This document shows, piece by piece, positions 24,956 to 37,606 of a DNA stretch of 64,000 nt. A program made the translations under genes and the position numbers. The notes beneath the pieces were generated by a model. The model was given only the letters and a program-made list of their open reading frames with translations, was not told where the DNA came from and ran no database searches. Source of the stretch: Paecilomyces variotii (Eukaryota); the NCBI GenBank assembly GCA_004022145.1, contig RCNU01000004.1; one strand, given 5' to 3'. The stretch's first letter is position 1, and every line of letters starts with the position of its first letter.

Positions 24956-26391
24956 TCATTCCTCCTTACTCTTGCCGGACACAAAAGAAATCTTCGACAA
25001 GATACTACTGTCTTGATTTCCCTGCTTTCGTTGCTCACGCTGGCGAAGCTTGTTCTCCTTATATTCTTCCCATGACGGGACCGAATCGCTACTCTGCGAA
25101 CCCTCAGGCACTGCCTCTTGGCGCGTTTTCTCACCTTGCAGCTTCAAAACAGAATCGAGCGTAGCGACCTCTCCCGACTGAGAGTGAGCAGGGCTCTGGA
25201 GAGGCACAACCTCCGATTCTCCGGCAAACGAGCGGATCGCTGTCTCGAAACCCCATTCAACTGCTTCGTCTATGGGCCGGTCAAACAGATAAGGCAAGAA
25301 AGGGACCACGGAGAGACCAAGCTAAAGGAACAATACAATTAGCTCATACTACTCGAAGTGTGGTTCCGGTTGAACGTCTGTCCAGGGTGTTACTCACTCC
25401 TATAGGCCCCCAGGTCCGTAACATCGCATTTTTGCTGTTCTTGAGATACTTGCCCGAATACTTGACGACACTGTGGATCGTGAATGCAGGCAACCCCATA
25501 CTTGCTATACTTTGGAACACGGCCCGCTTCGCCATGATAACCCGGTAGTCCTCTATCAATGGAATATGGGGGGTAGGCCATGGCACTAGATCCGCGTCCC
25601 CTTCATTCGGCCTGCTCTGATCAACTGAAGACGAGCTAGATGTGAGGGAGCCACTGATATTGCCAGTCGCCATTCCTCTCATCACATGCGGTAAGTTCAG
25701 GTCCGTGGCATCCTTGTATGCCTCGCTGGGTGGCGCTAGGACGCGCCTGTTGCGCAAATAGGCCTTATAGCCCTCATGGGCGACGTCACCAAGGATGTAT
25801 GTCCATGAAATCGCGTATGCTCCGCGGACCAGCAGGGGATGTGCTACTGGCCGGAAAGATTCGCCTATGTCGGATGTGTAGGCGACATAGCGATGTGCAG
25901 AAAGAAGGATGGTACGAATACGGTTCGCGTATGCAGCATATCTGTATGGGGTATCATTGGTGTCCACAGAACTGTCGAGTTATTAGCTATTATATCCTGT
26001 TGGACAGTCAAAATGCGTAAAAGGCTCAATGACAATCTAGAAGAGCTTCTGGAGGCCACTTTGCGCCGGGTTCGTAGCACCCCGAATATATTGACATGGT
26101 GTTGAACACGTCGCGGGGAAGCGGAGCCAGAAGCTCTAATGACGTTGACCGAGGGTATGTAGCCCGCACGCGAGCTAGATCATAGCAATGCAACGAGACG
26201 GATAAACAGCAAGATCGGACGTACTATGGACTGTAAATTTCGTCAAAAAAGTTATCCTCACGGTCAACTAGCTGCTGTAGCTTGGGAGGAAGTTTCTCGC
26301 GGGGTAGAGGTTGCTTGCTGAAGTCCGGACGAGGTTCGTCTCGGACATGGGCAACACCGTCGTCATCGCTTTTCCGCTTTCCCCAGAACAT
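24956..26391 (-). CDS. MTFP1: Mitochondrial fission process protein 1 (MTP18 family)
   Basis: MFWGKRK...EKLPPKLQQLVD...|TPYRYAAYANRIRTILLSAHRYVAYTSDIGESFRPV...FQSIASMGLPAFTIHSVV...WGPIG|...PFLPYLFDRPIDEAVE; two introns. Confidence 0.9.
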
Positions 26392-27182
26392 CGTGACTAG
26401 ATGAAGGCTGGACTATCACAGGCGGAGGACTGACACAGATGTTAAAGACGGCGAACTGGAATATCTGGACTCTCCTCGTGTGTTGGAAGGAGCAGCGAAT
26501 TTAGACAAGAGAGTATGTCGAAAGGTGATCAAGACCGCGGCACGAGATCAGGCACCACGTTAAGTAAATGCTGTGCAACCGGCAAGTATTATTCCGCCAA
26601 GGGGTATCCGAGGAGCAAGGGAAGAAAGCCGTCGGAGGAACGGTGGATCATGGAAGAGCACAATACCGGGGGGAACAGCAACTATTACTTTACGACGACG
26701 GTGATTGCTTCGAATAGTTGCTTTGCTGGGCAACATCTGAAGACCCCGGGAGTGCCGGACAGCACTGCCATGATGTGGAATCGAATCTTCCCCTCCCCAA
26801 GACGCATTATTACAAGCTGGCATCGTGTTCTGCTTGCTGCATCTGCGCCGTTCATGACGTCCGCCATCTCACATATCTACCAGTCTTAGCGTTCATCATG
26901 TCGGCCTTTGCCTGGAGCTCCTCCGGCTTCTTCTCCGCATCCCACCTTTTGCCGGCCTCCGCGTTTTCCTCGGTCGTTCTCGGACTTGGCGGCACTCCAT
27001 ATCATGTGACCACATATCCAGAAACGGGCTAGCCTGCCAAGGCCGCTCTTCCGGAATACGCAGCTTCAACCTTCGTTCTCATATTCGCATCGCCTCCATA
27101 GGATTGCCTCGCACCATTATCGCCCTATTGATCCTGTCTCCACCGGCTTTTTCACAGCTCTGAACGAGACTCTTCCGTTACA

Positions 27183-27619
27183 ATGGTCGCCTACTACCAG
27201 ATTGCCGGCAAGAAGGTCGGCTCGCACTATGTACGTCACTCTGTCATGGTCTCTATTTTGCTCGGTTTCTCCTTCTCCCTTTGCGCTTGTCAGAGTCAAT
27301 TGAGTGCCAGATATGCAACTAACAGACTTCCTGTTACTATAGCTCGCCATGGGCGTCCTCGGTGCGATCTTTGGCACTACCTATCTCGCTACCCGCGGTG
27401 GTGCTGCAAAGAACCCGGCCCAGGGTCCTCCGATCAACGCCGCCTCGAAGGATGAGGAGCAGTTTATCCAGTGCGTATTCCCTTCCAATCTGCGATTTTG
27501 GCCCCCCCAGCAACGCTCTGATATATAATCTCAAAACCGACGGGTTGCTGACGCGTGTGGTACCATTTAGGGACTTCTTGAAGAATGTCGACGGAGGTTC
27601 GAAGGCAGCAAGCCACTAG
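27183..27619 (+). CDS. ATP19: Mitochondrial ATP synthase subunit k
   Basis: Three exons: MVAYYQIAGKKVGSHY|LAMGVLGAIFGTTYLATRG...PPINAASKDEEQFIQ|DFLKNVDGGSKAASH*. Confidence 0.9.
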
Positions 27620-28486
27620 AAATCTCCCAACGGAAGACATTCATGATCTGAGGACAGCTACTCAGTGTACAATGACAGCGTGGCATGATCGATCTCAGGG
27701 CGCGGCTACACAAGAATGACTGGTGGTATTCCGGATCCAGGTTACTTGTCGCTTGAGGGGCTTATAGGACCATCGTAGCCGGTTGATTGATCTGGCTCAT
27801 GATGTGATAGTGTACATATAAAGGTCTAACTCGCATAGAAACGTTTACGACATTTCTCTCCTGACTGTTTACTTCATGGGTATTCATGGGTATGATGTCT
27901 CATTCGCGACCAGGCGAGCTCCTTCGGGAAGATATGATGGGTGATTATAAGACTGCTCGTGATATAACGCCTTGGTCACCATCTTGTGTGGAAATTTCGG
28001 ATATATCTGGCCCAACAAGTAGTCAAGAGCTGCTATTATCCGTCCCCTTATTTTGATTAACAGTAGTAGACCAATTGCCAGACCTGTTCGAGCACTGTAA
28101 GACTTAACAGCAGACTAATAAAGTCCGTTGGAAAAACAAAGGTACAGTTAGTTAAAGGCCACAGTTCTGTTAATTTGTACTGATTCTTCGCATAACAAGG
28201 TTGCTATCGGAGTTGACGCTGCCAGACTCTTGGTAGTAACAACGTCCGCTTATTGGCCCATGCGGCGGAAGTTCCAGTCGTGTCATCGGTCAACTTTTCC
28301 AAGGGTTGCTTGTAGCTTATTACCCCTCTGGTCTGTTCTCTTGGGAACGCGACCCAAGTCCATGCTCCAGCCCTTTAATACAACTCGTTGACATGGCCAA
28401 CTTATACTACTGATGCCTCACGGCCCGGATGTGCACTCAATTCTTGAGCCAAGCTACTTACTACCCGCGACAACGACAACAACAAC

Positions 28487-28957
28487 ATGAAACCATTACC
28501 CTTCCCGTACCCTCTCAACATCGGTACTGACATAGTCCACCTTCCGCGTATCCTTCGTTTGATCACGTCTGCCACTAAAGAAGGCTCCTCAAAGCTCGAT
28601 CGTTTCACCCGTCGAATTCTTTGCGAACAAGAACAACGAGATTTCCGGTCCAGATTTCACCTGTCTACTAGAGCCGGACCTTGTCTCAGTACAGTAACTC
28701 CTACACCGGATATGGCCCGTTGGCTGGCAGGTAGATTCGCAGCAAAGGAAGCGGCACGCAAGGCTTCAACTAGAGGGGCAGGTGCGATTGGATGGAAGGA
28801 TGTTCTAGTCAGTGTTGAAGACACAGGGACGCTGGGATCCGGGAGACCGCAGGTCATTTACTTGGATGCTAAGACAGAGGGGAATGCACGGATTGGGAAA
28901 CTCTCCATCTCGCACGATGGAGAATATGTCGTCGCAACGGTTCTTGCTGCTGAGTGA
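28487..28957 (+). CDS. pptB: AcpS-type 4'-phosphopantetheinyl transferase (mitochondrial holo-ACP synthase)
   Basis: IGTDIV, WLAGRFAAKEAARKA, GRP, LSISHDGEYVVATVLA. Confidence 0.9.
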   Translation: MKPLPFPYPLNIGTDIVHLPRILRLITSATKEGSSKLDRFTRRILCEQEQRDFRSRFHLSTRAGPCLSTVTPTPDMARWLAGRFAAKEAARKASTRGAGAIGWKDVLVSVEDTGTLGSGRPQVIYLDAKTEGNARIGKLSISHDGEYVVATVLAAE

Positions 28958-30502
28958 GACAAGGAAGCTTATTGGTCTGAGAATAGGGGACGTCGTGTGC
29001 CGTCCATAATGCTTCGTGATTGGGTCCTACGAGTGTACAAGCTCTGTGGCTTATGGCCACGGTTCTGTGGTGTATGATGTGTCCGGCTTTGACTCTGCCT
29101 CCGTCGCATACAAGTCGACAATATGAAAGGCCTAAAAAGGCTGTCTACGGATAAGCATGGAAGAGAGTCGTTGCAGATACTACTCAACATACCACGCACT
29201 TGAAGATACCATCCTCGGCTAGGATATCGACGTTTGTAACGTGAAACTATGTTGCTATCCCCACGCTGCAGTTCTCAGCGTCAGACATGTCTAGATTCTC
29301 GTGAGCTAACGAGAATCGAACCGAAAGAAGAGCACGCTTTATCACCCTCTCGGGAAGAGCCACACAGTTGTGATGCCTTAGTTTCATGATGAATGATAAA
29401 GGATAGCACACGCGTCACATATCAACACTCGAGAAGATTAGCTCCCGTCTGTTCTCGGAGAATTATCCTGTCCCTTCGTTTCCGCTGCGAGCTTTATAGG
29501 TGGGAAGTATAAACGGCTGGGATACGGAGTACTCCGTGTGAGATCCGGGGTCGATCTCCATTTAAGCTGGACAACAGACTTGGGGGAAGTTCTAGTACAG
29601 CAGCTCTGGTTGCTGGAATCATGCGGGATTCGATTTAAATGCCTTGACCGCTCGCTCACACCTACAAGTGTTGTAGAGTGACGCAGAACTTCAGATGTTA
29701 TCAGACGAGAACAATAACACAACATGAAATTGTGTTAAGCCAGACACTAATTTCGGAGATATAATGAAGCATACACGTATCTACATAATATGAGATCTTT
29801 GCATTTTATGATGTAACTACCTGGACTATAGAAAGATGCAATGGCCGTAAGTGGGGAAAGAGCTCATGTCGGGGAATTTACAGAAGAAAACTTTGTCGAG
29901 TAGGTATCGCAGTCTTATCGCACCGTGTTCCCGGGGGTCCCACATCGAAACTTCAACAACCGCTGTCTGTATTCATATCGAACATCCACTCCTACCTCCT
30001 TCAACGCTCTCTGGTACATCGACGAAGCCCATATCGCTATCGCGGACCCAATAGTCCCAGGTATGTCAAGTAGTCTATCTTGAAGCTGTCATTGATGTTG
30101 ATCAGTACGGCTGTCTCTGCGGGAAATGACCGATCTAGATGTGCTAGCATCACACCTGCATTCTCATGTTTCTTTTTCCTTCATGCCTCAGAGATTCGAG
30201 TCCTTCTCGTATCTAGTTTCTCTTCTTAGTATTTGTGCTTGTTCTGTTCCTGGTCCTCGCCTCTCCCCCTCCTCGTTCAAGAGGCGTTTGCTTTGTGCTC
30301 TTAAAGATCATCGCCTCGTATCTGTCACGGAATTTTGTGTCCTTTGAGTAGAGCTTTTGGGCCCGTTTGCATTTTCTGAGCCAGGATTCTGTGCTATCTG
30401 TTCTCACTAACCAGGAACTCTAGACTCCCTACTCACTACAGTTTTCACGCTGCCACAATTGACGACACGAGAAATTGGCCGACTGTGTGAGAACCGCCCC
30501 TC

Positions 30503-31572
30503 ATGCCTTTCTCACACCATAGCCATTCGGGCCAGTTTTGCCCAGGACATGCCAAGAACTCTCTGGAGGAAGTGGTTCAAACCGCAATTTCCCAGAAGAT
30601 GGAGGTATTTTGTCTGACCGAGCACATGCCTCGACATGAGGCAGATCTCTATCCCGAAGAGGTGGGCCGAGAAATCCGCAGCCAGTGGATCCTTTTTCTG
30701 ACCTCGAAGCTAGGTCGAAGCCCATCTGACTGAAGAAGAAATGGTTGTCAATGAGGCTGCATATTTCAAGGAGGCCTCCAGACTGAGGGAGAAGTATGCG
30801 TCCCAAATCAAAATATTGATTGGATTCGAGATCGACTGGATCCGCCCCGAGTCTCTCACCCTCATCGAGAAATCTTTGTCCGCATTCCCCTTTGAGTTTT
30901 TCGTGGGATCTGTTCATCACGTTCATACCATCCCGATCGATTATGATACCCCAATGTACGAAAAGGCACGAGAAATCGCTGGAGGGAGTGACGAAAAGCT
31001 ATTCGAGGATTATTTCGACGCCCAATTCGACATGCTGAAGAGGTTGAAGCCACCTGTTGTTGGCCATTTTGACCTCATCAGATTGAAGAGTGAGGACCCA
31101 GAGAGGAGCTTCACCCAGTGGCCTGGCGTTTGGAGAAAGATCCTGCGTAATCTAGATTTTATTGCAGAGTATGGGGGCCTGTTGGAACTCAATTCAGCTG
31201 CCCTGCGAAAAGGGATGAGTGAGCCATATCCGAAAGCAGAAATCTGCAAGGTAAGGTTAACCGCCAATCTGTAAGTTGGAGAACACTAGTGCTGAAGCCT
31301 CTTTCCCATAGGAGTTCCTAGTAAGAAATGGGCGTTTCTGCTTATCAGACGATAGCCATGGAATTGACCAAGTAGGGTTGAATTTCCACCGTGTCATTCA
31401 ATTTATGGGGGATACCGCTATTTCAACACTTCACTATCTGGAGCTGTCTGATACGCAATCTACGGATCCTGTGGATAGCCGATTTCCACGGACAAGGATA
31501 CGGTCTTTGAGCCTTTCCGCGTTGAAACAGCTCCCCTTTTGTTCACCATCAATGAACAGAAACCATCAATAG
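30503..31572 (+). CDS. HIS2: Histidinol-phosphate phosphatase (PHP family)
   Basis: SHHSHSGQFCPGHA, LTEHMPR, GFEIDW, VGSVHH, GHFDLIRL, ELNSAALRKG, LSDDSHG; two coding introns. Confidence 0.93.
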
Positions 31573-33172
31573 GGTCTTTTCTGTCATAGAGGCAGAGACA
31601 CCAATCCTAAGTTTATTATACGTGGGCCCTTCCATGGACGGCATGGACTCTAATTTTTGCGCTGTGCGATGGAGCACGCATGACGGTACCGAAATGGGAG
31701 AGACCGGAAGCCAGACTAGGCTACCTAGGGACTTGTCTTGAACGCAGCTATTATGGGACAATGATCACGATAGTCAAGACAAGGGGCGATACTACCATCA
31801 GCAAAAGAGCAGTCATTCGTAGACGACACTTCATCCATTGATAAATTCCAACGCTGATATCGATTCCGGACGTCTCACATAACAACTAACTAGACCTCTT
31901 GCGTAACATTACGTTGTCGCGAGAAAACTGGAAAAGATGATTAGCGCTCTGAGGTGCAGATGCTTGTGTGAAGTTCGCGGATTGCCAGGTAGATATGAAC
32001 TCTAGCTTCTGCTACTAATAGCATAGTAGGGTCTTTCGTGATAAGGATGAGGATATAATTCTTACTTGGCATCTACCGTCGCATTGACGATGCATATGCA
32101 ACATTGGAAGTGAAGAGCTTCAAGGAAAGGGTCCAATCTCCGAAAATGGACATCGAGGACAAGAGTATTGATTTTCAAGGCGGCTATGGCGTTACGTACG
32201 GGTTAGTATCACCGCGCCGCTGAAGCCGCCACAGGCCTCCGAAAATGCCAGCAGTCTGATAAACTGGAAATAGATCGACAAGGGCATTATTAGTATGGGC
32301 GCAGTAATTGAAAACAACTCCAGGGTTCATGGATGCCGATCGCTCGACTTGGACGTCCGAGTCCAGGGCCACGGACTCGCCGGTGACCGATCTAATTCAT
32401 GACTTGGGGCCCTAGATCGCCCGTCCACGCATCTATGGTGGCATTAAGCCTTTAAGGAGACCCAATGGACATTACCCTGCACAGGTCAGACTCCGGAACA
32501 TGCCATTATCCACAGAGGAGCCATTGTCTTACGGGTTTTAGCCTGCAAGGCTCATCCTCTCCCGTAAAGATGGGACGGGACCTGTAGGCGCAGTCTTCCC
32601 TGTGCCAAATTATCCCCACCCCGCAACGTGGTTGTGCATACGTCCAAAGATTGCTGTTCTTTGCTTTGCGTGTCTGAGGAATGCGCAGAACTGCCTCCAT
32701 ACTATCTCGGAGAATTGCAATCACTTCCGCGCTGCTCAGGCTCGATGATATATGTACATTTGATCGCGAAATCTATGTACAGTACTTCTGATATACACCT
32801 AAGCGAGGTTCTGATCCGCACTCTCTCCTCGCCTTCTCCCCGCCCTATGCTTCGAATCAGCATTGTCATATGATTCTAACACAGTGTCCTATTATAGCAA
32901 GATTATTCTCCTATACTGTGCGGTCACTCTATACCGCGACGAAGGCAGATTGGGGAGCCATACCGCGGCGACATGGCCAAGAAATCAATATCTGACGTCG
33001 GTCACTCCACATTCTGACTGGTGTGTGCAGCAACCCATTGCATATACCGGTGCAAGACCTCTCTATAACCTGATCATTGTGCCAATACTCGAGTAAGCAA
33101 AACCCTATTCGTGGAGACGAGAGATACGAGGAGCCGTTTCTGCTGTACTCTGCAACTTCAATGGATCACAAG

Positions 33173-33290
33173 AGACCTTCGGAGTGACCTCGAGCAAACC
33201 TTCTTGGAAGCTTGGGAAGCGATCTAACCGTCGACCATTCTGGACCGTCTACAAGGGAGCTTATGAACAACTCAATAGTTAATAGCGACA
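33173..33290 (+). mobile_element. Possible decayed Tc1/mariner transposase C-terminal remnant
   Basis: One frame reads DLRSDLEQTFLEAWEAI*PSTILDRLQGSL*TTQ*LIATK, resembling the EAW..IP...IDRL..SM..R..AVI..KG tail of Tc1-like transposases; three stops; no TIRs found. Confidence 0.3.
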
Positions 33291-33835
33291 AAGACACGCG
33301 ACATAAGGTTGGCTATGGTTCTTGGGAGCATTATGCAGGAGTCCAGGACACACAAGGCTTAGCGAGAATGGTTGCCACTGGATGAGCAGGGGAACCGATC
33401 TTTGAGCTATCAATGGATCGCCGTAAATTTACTATTTTAATGTGCAGAAATGCTTTCGTCATGCAGGAGTCGGTTAAGCCGCTCACATTATCTTGCTCGC
33501 CTGTGGGAAGCGAGCCACAGTACTTAGCTGGTTCCAAGCCCAATCATCCAGCAACGCAGCATCCTTTGGAGAGTTGATCGATGGCTCGAGACCTCAGTTC
33601 TCACCACTAAGGTAGCTCTGATGTCCAATATTATTACGTCCCGTCCCAGAGTCATGATGCTCATCTGGGACCCCACTTAGCCTGGCCGGAGCTGAGAACG
33701 TCTTAAAGCTTCGTGCCCCTCCCCGCAACATATACGTAGCTCTTTCTCGCATCAAGCTCCTCTGACTTTGTTCCACCTAAAACATAACGCTACTTCCCTT
33801 CAAATCCTCATTGGAAACCTCTACAGAAGACCAAA

Positions 33836-34838
33836 ATGCCGGAACAACAAAAGTGGACGAGAACTGTCCTCAAAGAGGGTGATAAGCAGAATTTTCCTAA
33901 GAAGGGTGACCTCGTCAGCATCCACTACACAGGATGTCTGTACGACCCATCGAAGGAACATAACATGGGAAAGCAGTTAGTTATACCTTGAAGCTCAGAG
34001 CTAGGTTGAGGATAGGACCTGACTATGTCCAGATTTGATAGCTCTGAAAACCCAGAAGCAAACAGGGGACCTCTCAGCACCCGTATTGGGGTGAAAAATG
34101 TGATCCAAGGTACGTGCACTAATTCCGTGTCTCCTATCAAGATTGATAGAAATGCATTATTTGGATCAACGACGCATTATGCTCTAACGACTATTTTGTC
34201 GGCAGGTTGGGATGAAGGAGTTTTGGAGATGAGTCTCGGGGAGCAGAGCATCTTGACCATTCCTGGGTAAGTTAAGACGAGTCCGAGTCTTCGCCTTGGG
34301 ACTATACCTCTTATGATGTCCGGGCTTTAGAGAATCAAGCATGCTAACTACATTCCTCAACACAGACCATATGCATATGGTGACAGGTATGTTTAAACCC
34401 GCATCCCGATTCACACCAGGCGAAACCATAGCACACAACTTCCCATTGGCACAGTTGAGATATGTTCTACGGTTTTGCCGTATCAAATAATTAGTTGTGT
34501 GAAAGTCGGCACGGTATGCGCAATATACTGATCCTAGCTTTACTTAGGGGATTCCCGGGCCTGATCCCGCCAAATGCCACACTCGTTTTGTAAGTACTCT
34601 TGTTTAGCTTACGACCCACCCCTTCACTGTTAGATTTTTTTGCTTGACTCGGTGGAGGCCATCCTCAAGACGCGGACTGCTCTACGGATCATTGAGCCCA
34701 TTGTGTTACCATCGCCCGGTTGCCTCTTCAATGGGGCTGCCTTTGCGTCTGGCTTCTGAATTCAAGCTTTTAGTATATACTAACTCGAGTCTCAGTCGGG
34801 TCCGACTTCTCTCAATTAACGGCAAGACTGCCCAATAA
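33836..34838 (+). CDS. FKBP12-type peptidyl-prolyl isomerase (6 short exons)
   Basis: FPKKGDLVSIHYTGCLY...Q|FDSS...NVIQ|GWDEGVLEMSLGEQSILTIPG|PYAYGDR|GFPGLIPPNATLVF|RVRLLSINGKTAQ*. Confidence 0.9.
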
Positions 34839-35908
34839 TGACTGAAACGGTTCTTCCTGCGCACGTGGAAGCCTCCCATAGCGACCTGTGAAGGCGTCGT
34901 TATACGCAGCTCGATTCCACACTATAGTTTGATGCCAGGAACACTCCTTCATGCTTGAAGCTCGCGATTGGCATCAAGTTTTGGTCAACCTATATCGATA
35001 TGCTTGGGTAGATTCTATATACTATATGTGTCGTCCGGAAATCTATCAGATTCATCCAGATTTACTTCCAAAATACCTTGGCTTTTTGGTTTCTTTCTCA
35101 CGAATATTGAATCTCATACTGGACTTCAGTCAGCTCTACTATTACTATTCTATATCTGATAAATGACTTTACAGTTGTCACAGGCATATCTTGATTACTG
35201 ATTTCCAGATCTGAGAGAGGGCGCCAGCAGTATCACGGCAATTGCGATTAGAGGCTGCATTTGGGATTAGGAGGAGGCTCTTAGTTCACTAGACTTTTCT
35301 TATAAATTTCCTATTCCTCGCTACCTGATAGTTACAACTTACCTTTTGCTTATCTCACAAGCCAGCCAGTGGCCATGTCTACTTCTCCCCAGCTGCGGCC
35401 CCTTTGAGTACTATAATCTCTCGTTAACAGGCTCAATGTTGCCAATCTAGCAAATCTTCCCTCGTGAATTAGTGACCTTCAGCAATATCGGTAGTAAGAA
35501 AAAGGCTCAGCTAGACCCGATTGGTGAAGTATATTCTAGTATAAAAATACATCACCACTATATCCCATATCCGAACTTAAAAAAAACATTTATAATTGTC
35601 ATATGACATCAAAGGAAAGTAACACTTTATTACTTATCCCCTCTACCCCGCACCCGTAAAAAATTAGTCTTATGCGAAATTGGACACTGATAATCGCCAA
35701 TACAAAGCGTGCAAAAGCACACGCAGATGACACCATCCACGCCACTTACTTCCTAGAGGCTAGACAGGGCTTGAGTCAGTTGGGCACTTCGCTTAAATTT
35801 CCCAATATACAACTCTCACGCTATCTTGCTTAAGTTGACAAATAGCGTCATTCTAACTCCCTTTCTGAATCCACCTTCAGCAAAAAGAGCGGCATTATTG
35901 ACTGCAAG

Positions 35909-37199
35909 ATGGCGACTGTACAAGCCACCCAAGTGGATCAAGCTACATACGATTCATACGATAAATTATGGGTTCTTAGAGCCCTATGGGATCCGGCTGA
36001 ATATCAAAGGTAGGAATCTATCATAGCTCCTTAGACGTTGACTAAGATGGCTTGTTTTCTAGGTACAGAGATCGCCAGCTGACAGTCGCCAATAAGGCAG
36101 TGGCTCAATGGCCCGACAGTCCACTATATCGACGTAGACTCCAATGGATTCAAACCCATACTCCCGAAGGGCCTGTGTAACTTTTCCCTTGATCTAATTG
36201 AAAATGCTATTATTATGATCGAGTCTAACTAGGCTATCTATTAGAATTCCTCCGTCTGAGCCGACAGGGCTGACCTTGATAACCTATCACTGTATTGAGA
36301 TACTGAAAGACACACTCGCCAACTATACACTCTTGAACGAATCTGAAAGAATCAATATCGATGCTATTCTTCATGCATACAGGAGCGGTTCTCTAATTCC
36401 TCAACCAGGCCTTGTAACGTATTGGTACAACGGCATACAAACAGAGAACCCGGGACCTCCTGGCAGCCAACGTACTGAGGTCATAGAACGATGGGAAAAA
36501 GAACACGGCAAGGGATCTTTGTGGATAGAGACTGTAAGTTTTGCTCCGAATCTGATCTTTTTTTTATCTAGGTCTTTGGCTTAAGGAGTTAAAATTAGGT
36601 CCGGAGCTTGACTGATGCAAATCCTCAAATGGCAGCATTATCTATCTACCCCCGTCAGCCTCAGAACAACTTCAATCCACTTACCGATGAAATAATGGCT
36701 CATCATAATGTGAGCCTACACATTGATTTTCCGGAATATCTGTAATTCGCTAATAGATGCTGGATAAATTCAGATTCACATACTTGTTCGCATTGTCGAT
36801 TTTCAGAATGTCCAACTCATTACGGTATTGGATGACACTGGGTCCAGTTATCTAGAGTTATTTATGGATGATTGTCTTTCCCTTGGCCTGGATCCATCTA
36901 ACATACCTGCATCTCTCAATTGCGGCATCGAACGACTTACAACAGCCAATGGAATCATTCGGGTTCGAAAAATCCTCGTTGAAGTGCAATACATTGCGTC
37001 CGACAATTCAACCATCGGTTTACCCATCATGATCAAAGCGGTCATAAGAGACGGATATAGTGAAAACCGACCTAGATGCTCGGGACAGTCGCTTAGAAGG
37101 CACCTATTTACGGCGACTGCACCAGGTGCCATCGGTGCCGGAAACCTGCATGTTGGAACCCGTAAAACCCCTGTCGTCACTAGTCTGCCGGCCAGTTGA
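35909..37199 (+). CDS. Uncharacterised ~346 aa protein with C-terminal retropepsin-like (clan AA aspartic protease) domain
   Basis: Exons 35909-36009, 36063-36176, 36245-36533, 36599-36709 and 36774-37199 join in frame. C-terminal ITVLDDTGSSYLEL and RLTTANGIIRV; only one DTG motif. Confidence 0.72.
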
Positions 37200-37606
37200 A
37201 ATGTCCCTAAGCTGACAGTGGATGAATGATACCCAGGCTGAACGATTGAGTCCTATCCGATATCACCCGTAACGTTTTTCCGCTTCTTCACTCGAGTCGG
37301 CGTCCTAAACAACAACAAAAAAGTCCATTCATCGATACGAGATCACGTCACACTGAACACGAAAGCACATACAATTGATTCTCTATGCTGACATGCAATT
37401 TGAAACTTGAATGGGGGTGACGGTGGTTTTGAGCCCTTCAAAGGCACTCTAAAGTGGAATAAAGGAGTAAGAAATATTGTTACAGTTTAATGGCTGCAGG
37501 TTGGTAGATTATAAGTAATGAGTAGGGAACGTCATTGGCGATGTCTGGTTCACCCCAGTAAAAATACAGAGTCTAAACCCAAGACTCCATCCATCTATAC
37601 TCCAAA

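Noticed and set aside
26515-27032. Several 60-124 aa ORFs between MTP18 and ATP19
   Set aside because: Overlapping on both strands with no motifs; best explained as divergent promoter/UTR sequence.
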